Shown here: positions 1 through 11,063 of the stretch, one piece after another
How the letters are laid out: every line of letters starts with the position of its first letter
Position numbering within the stretch: position 1 is the first letter of the stretch
Program-made: the position numbers and the translations under genes
NCBI GenBank assembly: GCA_002269645.1
Contig: NIVC01000567.1
Span: forward strand, 62,001 to 126,000
Source: Macrostomum lignano
Taxonomy: Eukaryota
Direction: 5' to 3'
DNA length: 64,000 nt
Notes under the pieces: generated by a model
Databases searched by the model: none
What the model was told of the DNA's origin: nothing
What the model saw: only the letters and a program-made list of their open reading frames with translations

Positions 1-1920
1 GTCTTAATGATGTCTATACAGGTGTCTTAATGATGTCTATGCAGGTGTCTTAATGATGTCTATACAGGTGTCTTAGAGACGTAGACAGGTGTCTTAATGA
101 TGTCTATACAGGTGTCTTAATGATGTCTATGCAGGTGTCTTAATGATGTCTGTACAGGTGTCTTAGAGACGTAGACAGGTGTCTTAATGATGTCTATACA
201 GGTGTCTTAGTGACGTAGACAGGTGTCTTAGTGATGTCTGTACAGGTGTCTTATTGATGTCTGTACAGGTGTCTTAGTGATGTCTATACAGGTGTCTTAA
301 TGATGTCTATGCAGGTGTCTTAGTGATGTCTGTACAGGTGTCTTAGAGACGTATACAGGTGTCTTAATGATGTCTATACAGGTGTCTTAATGATGTCTAT
401 GCAGGTGTCTTAATGATGTCTGTACAGGTGTCTTAGAGACGTAGACAGGTGTCTTAATGATGTCTATACAGGTGTCTTAATGATGTCTATGCAGGTGTCT
501 TAATGATGTCTGTACAGGTGTCTTAGAGACGTAGACAGGTGTCTTAATGATGTCTATACAGGTGTCTTAGTGACGTAGACAGGTGTCTTAGTGATGTCTA
601 TACAGGTGTCTTAGTGATGTCTATACAGGTGTCTTAGTGATGTCTATACAGGTGTCTTAGTGATGTCTATACAGGTGTCTTAGTGATGTCTATACAGTTG
701 TCTTAATGATGTCTATACAGGTGTCTTAGTGACGTAGACAGGTGTCTTAGTGATGTCTGTACAGGTGTCTTAGTGATGTCTATACAGGTGTCTTAGTGAT
801 GTCTATACAGGTGTCTTAATGATGTCTATACAGGTGTCTTAGTGATGTCTATACAGGTGTCTTAGTGATGTCTATACAGGTGTCTTAATGATGTCTATAC
901 AGGTGTCTTAATGATGTCTATACAGGTGTCTTAGTGACGTAGACAGGTGTCTTAGTGATGTCTGTACAGGTGTCTTAGTGACGTAGACAGGTGTCTTAGT
1001 GATGTCTGTACAGGTGTCTTAGTGATGTCTATACAGGTGTCTTAGTGATGTCTATACAGGTGTCTTAATAATGTCTATACAGGTGTCTTAGTGATGTCTA
1101 TACAGGTGTCTTAGTGATGTCTATACAGGTGTCTTAATGATGTCTATACAGGTGTCTTAATGATGTCTATACAGGTGTCTTAGTGACGTAGACAGGTGTC
1201 TTAGTGATGTCTGTACAGGTATCTTAGTGGTGTCTATACAGGTGTCTTATTGATGTAAACAGGTGTCTTAGTGATGTCTATACAGGTGTCTTAGTGATGT
1301 CTATACAGGTGTCTTAGTGATGTCTATACAGGTGTCTTAGAGACGTAGACAGGTGTCTTAATGATGTCTATGCAGGTGTCTTAATGATGTCTGTACAGGT
1401 GTCTTAGAGACGTAGACAGGTGTCTTAATGATGTCTATACAGGTGTCTTAGTGACGTAGACAGGTGTCTTAGTGATGTCTGTACAGGTGTCTTATTGATG
1501 TCTGTACAGGTGTCTTAGTGATTTCTATACAGGTGTCTTAATGATGTCTATGCAGGTGTCTTAATGATGTCTGTACAGGTGTCTTAGAGACGTAGACAGA
1601 TGTCTTAATGATGTCTATACAGGTGTCTTAATGATGTCTATGCAGGTGTCTTAATGATGTCTGTACAGGTGTCTTAGAGACGTAGACAGGTGTCTTAATG
1701 ATGTCTATACAGGTGTCTTAGTGACGTAGACAGGTGTCTTAGTGATGTCTGTACAGGTGTCTTATTGATGTCTGTACAGGTGTCTTAGTGATGTCTATAC
1801 AGGTGTCTTAATGATGTCTATACAGGTGTCTTAGTGACGTAGACAGGTGTCTTAATGATGTCTATGCAGGTGTTTGTGGCGTACACGGGTGTCTTATTGA
1901 CATAAACAAGTGTCTTAGTT
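1..1920. repeat. Minisatellite of mixed 23-bp (GTCTTAATGATGTCTATACAGGT) and 21-bp (GTCTTAGAGACGTAGACAGGT) units, open at the window start
   Basis: Directly visible tandem units sharing the core ACAGGTGTCTT; the array decays near 1860-1920. Confidence 0.97.
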
Positions 1921-3357
1921 GTGCCTTAACAGTTGCCATATGGCGCCCAGTTTGGTGTCTTAAAAGCTTCAAAATGAGTGCTACAGAAGCTGTTCCAAGA
2001 AAACCTTGTCCTAGGTAAGAGAAATCTATCTCGGGCCGAGTTGCCACTCACGATGCGCCCCTATTCCTTGCATGCATGGGAGTGTAATATGCAAGCCTAC
2101 ATAGCCGCGGCGAAATCTTCAGTTCGTGCAATCAATAAGCGTGAGTCCCTGTCTTGCGGTACCCCGAGATGTTCGCCCAGTTGGGCAGAACGACTGAATT
2201 CACACTGATTCGATTCGGAGTACGCATGCAATTTTTGCAGGTTGCTAGGGATATTATAGATATTCAGATACATTTTACTAAAATATTTATATGACCATAA
2301 TGATAGTTAGCAACGCCTTCGAGGATATTGTCCTACAATCAGCGCAGAGGCCATTCCGCCCAAGCTGCAAATGAAGCCCCAAGCTCTGAGGTGGCTTCAT
2401 CAGAAGGGAGAAGTTGTGACGCAAGACCTCTTTGTCAGCCTCGTAAAAGTAACGCTCCAGGACAGCATAACAAATTCAGGATACTAAAAAATATTACAGA
2501 CACCAATGAACTGAAACTGTTTACAACGGAAACTAAAAATAGGGCAAACTGCTACAAAAGCAGTTCACATCAGCAACACTAACGCTCAGAATAGATAAAG
2601 TCCAAGTAGTTTATTAAGCTGGCAACTTAATCCAATTTTCCCGAATTCCAATTTCAGCAGTCTAATTTAAAGAATCCTCTCTATTCACACTATCGGAGTG
2701 GCGCAGCCATCCATCTCCTGGCTAATCTGGGTCTTAGCTTATTATCGAAATTGGACACCGCAGCAGCTCTATAGAACCGAACCGCAATAACCGCCAAGTA
2801 AACACGTCCAGTTCGGTCCACCGCGCCCGGGGCCTGCCAGGCATTTTACCCCAAATATCGATCAACTTCGAGCCGCAGTTTCAATGTTGCGAGCTAACCA
2901 AATCGCTCGAATAGTTGTTGGAGTGACGGACAGGCTATAGCCTGGGTCACTGTGGGACCGGAGCAACCAATCATTCCCTGAGGAGTCGATAGAATCTTCA
3001 CAAGGAAGGAAAGAGAGACAGTGGGGGAATCAGAGGGGAGCTGTGCGGGAGACACACAGGATTGGCATCCCGTCTCCGAGAAACTAAACAGCCAGTCAGC
3101 AGCATCGAGCGACTGGCTAATACAGACTGGACGTCAGCGTCACCCCTTTGAAACTCTCTCCTCCAATCGATTCCTACCAAAAAAACAGCTACCCCCCCTT
3201 AGTTCCAGCGCCCCCATCTGCTTCCCCACCCCGCCCTCTATTCTACATAATTCCCCAGCTGTGGCGTTGCCGGAACTCCTCAGAAAAATTCTAGCTGCTT
3301 GTTTTCAGGCTCTATAGCCCACGATCTCTCTTCACTTCATTTTTGTTCTACTAAACT

Positions 3358-4698
3358 ATGCAGCCTCAGGTAACTCAGCCTGTGTCAGCAATGCTGGAGA
3401 ATAAGACAAGCTCGCTTTCGGGCCCGCACCCGATGCTATCGGATCCGAGATTCCTAGCCAGCCTGCAGTCAGCGCTTGAGTCCATGGCCTACAATGAAAC
3501 TGTAGCTAGGAAACTGGCTGCACCATTCTATCGAAGCATGATAGCGATGTACAGTCTGGTGTCTCTCGTCGCCGTGATTGGCAACTTCCTCATGCTCTAC
3601 GCGATCCTGTCCACCTGGAGTCAGAGGAAAAGTCAAAACCACCGGTGCTTCTATCTGAATTTGATTGTCTGCGACCTGCTGGTGGCCCTGATCATCCTGC
3701 CAGCCACCTGCGCCGATCAAATTGACAATCGATGGTACCTGGGCGAGTTCGCCTGCAAGCTGCGTCACTCGATGAGCGTAAGCCTCATGTGTAGCAGCGT
3801 GTTCACCCTCACCAGCCTGAGCTGGTTGCGTAGTCTTGGCGTTAGCAGGCACACGGCGAGCTGGCTGCAGGACGGAGGTCGGAAGCGAGCTCGCAACGAG
3901 CTGCTCACCATCGGTGGCATCTGGCTGGCGTCTCTGGTCATCTCGGTACCAGTAGCTCGAGTTTCCATTGTCGAAAGAAGCACTGAACAGAAGTTCTCTC
4001 AACAGTTCGGAGTCCGAATTAACTGGCCAGTGTGCACGGAGAACTGGAGCCTCATCGGCCAGTCGGCTACGCCTGGAAACTCCTCGACATCAAGTCCCGA
4101 ACGAGGGCCGGAGTTCTGGTACGGTCTGGCTGTGCTCAACCTGGTCTGCCTGCTGCCTCTGCTCAGCCTGGCGGTGGCTTACTTCCGCATCTGCCGGGCC
4201 ATCTACGTGTCCAACAGGATTCTAAACGTGCACAAACGCTACGAAGCCATGATGATGTCGTGCAGCTATCAGAACTCGGACACGACTCTGGTGCGACTGT
4301 CCAGCATCCGGCATCACTTTTCACTGGCGTCAACTTGCAGCGCTTTGAATCGACGAAAACGGGTGGCAACGTCCAGGAGGATGTTTCTGCTCGGAGTGGC
4401 CCTGGTCCTGATATTCGCTGTCACCTGGCTGCCCATGCAATGCCTGCAGCTCTACCGGTCCAGCTTGGTCCCGGATTCTCGCGGCAACGATGCCGAACTC
4501 ATGCACAAACTAGTGTTAGTTTTTCACCTGCTGGCGCTGACTAATTGCCTGTTCAATCCGTACTTTCTCGTGGCAACGCACTCGCTCTACAGGAGAACCA
4601 TTCGTCGCCTTGGCAACCAGTGTCGCTGCTGCTGCGGCTGTAGAATTACCTGGAACTTCGGCCACGGACTGGACAGAATTGAAATGCAACAATTGTGA
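3358..4698 (+). CDS. Intronless rhodopsin-family (class A) GPCR, neuropeptide-receptor-like, 446 aa
   Basis: Seven hydrophobic segments; TM1 GN (VIGNFL), TM2 NLIVCDLL, W...CK before TM3, ECL2 Cys (PVCTENW), TM5 LAVAYFRI, TM6 VTWLP, TM7 NCLFNP. The DRY and NPxxY motifs are atypical (LRS, NPYFL). Confidence 0.92.
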   Translation: MQPQVTQPVSAMLENKTSSLSGPHPMLSDPRFLASLQSALESMAYNETVARKLAAPFYRSMIAMYSLVSLVAVIGNFLMLYAILSTWSQRKSQNHRCFYLNLIVCDLLVALIILPATCADQIDNRWYLGEFACKLRHSMSVSLMCSSVFTLTSLSWLRSLGVSRHTASWLQDGGRKRARNELLTIGGIWLASLVISVPVARVSIVERSTEQKFSQQFGVRINWPVCTENWSLIGQSATPGNSSTSSPERGPEFWYGLAVLNLVCLLPLLSLAVAYFRICRAIYVSNRILNVHKRYEAMMMSCSYQNSDTTLVRLSSIRHHFSLASTCSALNRRKRVATSRRMFLLGVALVLIFAVTWLPMQCLQLYRSSLVPDSRGNDAELMHKLVLVFHLLALTNCLFNPYFLVATHSLYRRTIRRLGNQCRCCCGCRITWNFGHGLDRIEMQQL

Positions 4699-5204
4699 AT
4701 TGCCTGTTATTTTTGTTTTAGTGCTCCGGTCGTAAACACTGCATGATTTTTGTTGCAAAAGTGGCTGAGTCCATTTCAATGTATGAAGCTTTAACTTTGA
4801 ATTGTTATTTAAACCATCAGATCGCACCTGGATCCCATTCAGTCATTCCATATTGATTCTACGATACGCGAATTTAAACATACATTTACCGCTTTTTGCG
4901 AGTCAAATCATATTGATTAAAGTCATGCTCCATTGTTGTTGACAAATATTAAAAGCTTTCTCTGTTAAAACGCAAATATACTAATGTCACGCGCCAACTA
5001 AAATGAACTTTTCTGACAGTATAATTTCTGGTCCTCGTGGCACCGAAAATGGCCAAAATGGAGAGGCAAAATCGAGGTCAAATTGAGAGCCTACCAGACC
5101 TGTGGCAGTCAGGAGAAGTAGCTATTGAAATATGCATAAGTCACTCTTCTGAGAGAAGAAATTAGAGGGATTGAAGTTGAACTAGGAGAGTGCAAATGTA
5201 TGCA

Positions 5205-5482
5205 GCCTGGCTAGACTGGGTGTCAGACTGGCTAAACTGGGTGTCAGACTGGCTAAACTGGGTGTCAGACTGGCTAAACTGGGTGTCAGACTGGCTAAAC
5301 TGGGTGTCAGACTGGCTAAACTGGGTGTCAGACTGGCTAAACTGGGTGTCAGACTGGCTAAACTGGGTGTCAGACTTACTAAACTGGGTGTCAGACTGGC
5401 TAAACTGGGTGTCAGACTGGCTAAACTGGGTGTCAGACTGGCTAAACTGGGTGTCAGACTGGCTAAACTGGGTGTCCGACTG
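5205..5482. repeat. 21-bp minisatellite GACTGGCTAAACTGGGTGTCA, about 13 copies
   Basis: Visible tandem units; accounts for the periodic ORFs 5182..5502 and 5190..5495. Confidence 0.97.
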
Positions 5483-6054
5483 GGCAGACCTGTAGCAGTC
5501 AAGAGAAGTAGCTATTGGATTGTGTCAGAAACTACGTGTCAAAGGAGCCCAAGTGAGTGTCAGACGAGATAAACTGTATTTATATGTCGCTGCCAGATGC
5601 ATAAAAAGTTCAGTAGCACCAAAGAGGCACCCAAAACCCACCCAATAGCCTTCATGAAAACGTGAGCGGCATTTTCCTTAAAAGTCTGTGAGATAACTTT
5701 CATTCTACCGCCAAAGTGTTTGTTCACAATGTATCAATGAATCACATATATATTGTATATGCCAAGTCACGAACGCATTTCCGCCGCACAGAAATGAGAG
5801 ATTGGTGCGCTTTCACAGCCAGCTAAAACTATTGTAGCCAGAAACTGCTACCAAGCTAACGCCGCGGTTTCCTTTAACTGACGGAATTCGGGGTTAATGA
5901 TTAAGTGCAGTCGGTGTTTGGTGGGGCAGAAAGGCAAATCCTTATTAGTTTTATCTTTTGGGAGGCTGAGCTAAGGTTGACAGATTGACAGGCTCCATCA
6001 GCTTCGTCATTGGACCTCATTAAAAAAGAGGAACCGATTTGATTATACCTACTA

Positions 6055-6840
<786 letters not shown>

Positions 6841-7187
6841 ATTGCCTTTTGAGTAAAATAAAAAGACATTAGGAATTACTGTGTACTTTTCAGACACTCA
6901 AACGAGATTGGTTAAAGTCAGTATAATTCCATTTGCCCGGCAGTGTGAACAGCTGACGCTCACTCCCAATTTTACTTGTCAGTCTGGTCACTTCAATATA
7001 GACCGTCGTGAGTGAGTGAGTGAGTGAGTGAGTGGGTACTCAAATTTTGATTGAATTTTTCACTCCTGATTCAATTGGAGTTGCCGGGGCTACGGAAAAA
7101 CTTCTATGACCTGAAGACTTTGCTTTCCATAAGTCAATCTTTCTTATTTGGAGTATTTAAGGCCATTCTGCTGCACGAATATTGAAG

Positions 7188-7290
7188 CTAGGAATGAAGA
7201 GTATGAAGGGCTAGGAATGAAGAGTATGAAGGGCTAGGAATGAAGAGCATGAAGGGCTAGGAATGAAGAGCATGAAGGGCTAGGAATGAA
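7188..7290. repeat. Short 23-bp tandem repeat CTAGGAATGAAGAG(T/C)ATGAAGGG, about 4.5 copies
   Basis: Visible tandem units. Confidence 0.9.
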
Positions 7291-7872
7291 GTCGCATCGG
7301 AGTCGGCCTAATTGACCTAATATGAAGCTTGGGAGAAAAAAGAAAGGGAGGGAGAAGGGGATAGAGGAAAAGAGAAGGGCGGTGATCCAGCTGCACTGCA
7401 CTAATTAGTTGATGCAGGAAGCTGGTCTACAGCTATCTAGCATTTTCAGTCCTATTGGAATTAGTTCGTTAAATACCGAAAAAGTCCATCAAACTGCTGC
7501 GTATATATGATGACAGAAGCCGGTGCACTGCACTTCAATAACGAATATAGCTCGCGTGTATTTGTTCTTCTAAGACAAATAATTTAGTGATTTCCTAGAC
7601 AAGCCTAAGCTATAACCCCTGATGATGTAGTTAACTGAGCCAAACAGTATTGACCAGTCCAATGTCCTGAAACAAGTTTGTTTCTGCCGTATATGGAAAC
7701 TGTCCATGGCTGGCACAGATGCTTTGCTGTGTTACGGTCTTGACCATAAACAAAAGTATACAATAGGGATGTATGTGCTTTTCCTCTGAAGTATTTTTTC
7801 GAGCTTGACGTTTTTTAAATTCTTTATTTGTTAACTGCAACATAGTCTGTGGTGAAAATGTAATGCGGACGA

Positions 7873-8449
7873 GGCACAGAGAAGGAAAGGCAAAGGCACA
7901 TATGGGAGAGGGGAAGGCACAGAGGGGAGAGGGGAAGGCACAGATGGGAGAGGGGAAGGCACAGAGGGGAGAGGGGAAGGCACAGAGGGGAGAGGGGAAG
8001 GCACAGAGGGAGAGGGGAGGCACAGAGGGGAGAGGGGAAGGCACAGAGGGGAGAGGGGAGGCACAGAGGGGAGAGGGGAAGGCACAGAGGCGAGAGGGGA
8101 AGGCACAGAGGCGAGAGGGGAATGCACAGAGGCGAGAGGGGAAGGCACAGAGGGGAGAGGGGAAGACACAGAGGGTAGAGGGGAAGACACAGAGGGGAGA
8201 GGGGAAGGCACAGAGGCGAGAGAGGAAGGCACAGAGGCGAGAGGGGAAGGCACAGAGGCGAGAGGGGAAGGCACAGAGGCGAGAGGGGAAGGCACAGAGG
8301 GGAGAGGGGAAGACACAGAGGGGAGAGGGAAAGGCACAGAGGGGAGAGGGGAAGACACAGAGGGGAGAGGGGAAGGCACAGAGGCGAGAGGGGAAGGCAC
8401 AGAGGGGAGAGGGGAAGGCACAGAGGCGAGAGGGGAAGGCACAGAGGGA
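7873..8449. repeat. 21-bp purine-rich minisatellite GAGGGGAAGGCACAGAGGGGA
   Basis: Visible tandem units; accounts for ORFs 7631..8473, 7831..8442 and 7863..8453. Confidence 0.96.
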
Positions 8450-9112
8450 GTAAGTATGAACTATGATGTGCATGTGACAGGTACTAAAAAGAAGAACTTT
8501 GAAAATGATTATTTAGTCAAGGCAGCAGAGCAATGCAGATCACTAAATATAGTTACTCGCAGAGCAACGCAAAAATAGGAGAGGGAGGCACTTGTTTCTG
8601 CCGACATGCAAAAATTAACGCGGTGTCTTCATGCATAGTGCTTGACCAAATTTGGAGTAGACCTACTGTGTTTGACAAAAGCTGGAAAATGAGAGAGCAG
8701 AGGATAATTGTTAGTCAGCTAAGAGAAATCTTTCAGTCACGGCCTCTTTGTGACGTCACCGAACTTGGAACTTTAAAATGGCGAAATCATTTGTCTACTG
8801 AGTGAGTGGCTTACAGCATTAACTGAGTCCTAATGGAATTAATTGCTTAATAACGCGTGTTGAAATTGTTGTCTAATACACACTGTATCCTATCTCTAAT
8901 TGATTAATCAGATAGGATTAATTAATTAATTGCAGAAACGAAATGAAACCATTTGCTTCTAGGCAAATGGTAGCAATTAATTTTATTAGCAAAGAAATTT
9001 ATGGGATTTTAATCCATCTTAAACTGATCATACTACACTGATTTCTTCAAAACAAGTATGTGCTATGGTTTTTAAACTGGTACCCGTGTTCTTAGAAATA
9101 CAATCTGGTGAA

Positions 9113-9435
9113 AATTCTTAGAAATTCAATTTTGCACCGATTCTTAGAAATCTAATCAAGCGCCGAGTCTTAGAAATCTAATCAAGCGCCGATTCTTAGA
9201 AATCTAGTCAGGCGCCGATTCTTAAAATCTAATCAAGCGCCGATTCTTAGAAATCAAATCAAGCGCCGATTCTTAGAAATCTAATCAAGCGCCGATTATT
9301 AGAAATCTAATCAAGCGCCGATTCTTAGAAATCAAATCAAGCGCCGATTCTTAGAAATCTAATCAAGCACCGATTCTTAGAAATCTAATCAAGCGCCGAT
9401 TCTTAGAACTACAACCTGGCGCTATTTCCTAGAAA
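9113..9435. repeat. 26-bp minisatellite GATTCTTAGAAATCTAATCAAGCGCC
   Basis: About 11 visible units with degenerate flanking copies. Confidence 0.95.
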
Positions 9436-9733
9436 TCAGATCTGGTAGTTATTGTAGTAGAAGAGTTAGTATTTGTTCTATAATTCCATTTAGTTTATCG
9501 CCTACTAGCAGTAGTATTGTTGACTCGTATTCTCCTATTCTGCTATTGTTTGTTTGTTTAGCCGATAGCTTCTTTGTTCATCGGATTGTTACTTTGTTAA
9601 TTGATACATTTTGCATCACAAGTAAATGAATCACAAGCAGACCCAGGGGTTCACGTCTATCATGAGTTCAAAGAGGCCTTAGTGTTGTTGGACTGACTGT
9701 GCTCCGGCGGCGGCAACCCATCCGCGGCTTTTG

Positions 9734-10652
9734 GCGGACAGCCCACAGACAGCTCCAAAGTCAGCGCACGGACAGCCCACAGACAGCTCCAAAGTCAGCC
9801 CACGGACAGCCCACAGACAGCTCCAAAGTCAGCGCACGGACAGCCCACAGACAGCTCCAAAGTCAGCCCACGGACAGCCCACAGACAGCTGCAAAGTCAG
9901 CCCACGGACAGCCCACAGACAACTCCAAAGTCAGCCCACGGACAGCCCACAGACAGCTCCAAAGTCAGCGCACGGACAGCCCACAGACAGCTCCAAAGTC
10001 AGCCCACGGACAGCCCACAGACAGCTGCAAAGTCAGCCCACGGACAGCCCACAGACAACTCCAAAGTCAGCCCACGGACAGCCCACAGACAGCTCCAAAG
10101 TCAGCGCACGGACAGCCCACAGACAGCTCCAAAGTCAGCCCACGGACAGCCCACAGATAGCTGCAAAGTCAGCCCGCGGACAGCCCACAGACAGCTCCAC
10201 AGTCAGCCCGCGGACAGCCCACAGACAGCTTCAAAGTCAGCGCACGGACAGCCCACAGACAGCTCCAAAGTCAGCCCACGGACAGCCCACAGACAGCTGC
10301 AAAGTCAGCCCACGGACAGCCCACAGACAACTCCAAAGTCAGCCCACGGACAGCCCACAGACAGCTCCAAAGTCAGCGCACGGACAGCCCACAGACAGCT
10401 CCAAAGTCAGCCCACGGACAGCCCACAGACAGCTGCAAAGTCAGCCCACGGACAGCCCACAGACAACTCCAAAGTCAGCCCACGGACAGCCCACAGACAG
10501 CTCCAAAGTCAGCGCACGGACAGCCCACAGACAGCTCCAAAGTCAGCGCACGGACAGCCCACAGACAGCTCCACAGTCAGGGCACGGACAGCCCACAGAC
10601 AGCTCCACAGTCAGCCCACGGACAGCCCACAGACAGCTCCACAGTCAGCCCC
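9734..10652. repeat. 34-bp minisatellite CGGACAGCCCACAGACAGCTCCAAAGTCAGCCCA
   Basis: About 27 visible units; accounts for ORFs 9699..10160 and 9731..10657. Confidence 0.97.
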
Positions 10653-11063
10653 TGTAATAGCATAGATTTGGCATGAGTTTTGAATTACGAGCTACATTAA
10701 AATGAAGACAATGGACAGGTTTAAAAGCATTTCAATAAAAATTGAAACAAAAATGGGTGAAACGACTAGAGTTCAGATATAATAAATAGCGTATGGCTTT
10801 ACACACATTTTACAATGGTCAGTTCACATCTCTAAAAACACCGAAACCTACTGATAGCGTCGATAGTGTCTGAACTGCGCATATGGTCTTCCTAGAATGT
10901 TAAGGGCGTGGCAAATTTCGACAGACTCGCAGTTTAATTGTCTGTCTCTGTAGCATTTAAATCGTTGAATTCAATCTATAACTGGTAACTACAAGTGTTA
11001 TTAAAAAGGCATCGCAATATATAGAGCACTTCCAACATCCGACAGAATTCGATTCTGATTAAA

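Noticed and set aside
2980-3000. CTGAGGAGTC hammerhead-like box
   Set aside because: Not followed by a closing stem II and GAAA.
1862-3317. Short ORFs upstream of the GPCR
   Set aside because: No recognisable motifs or splice pattern; lengths expected by chance.
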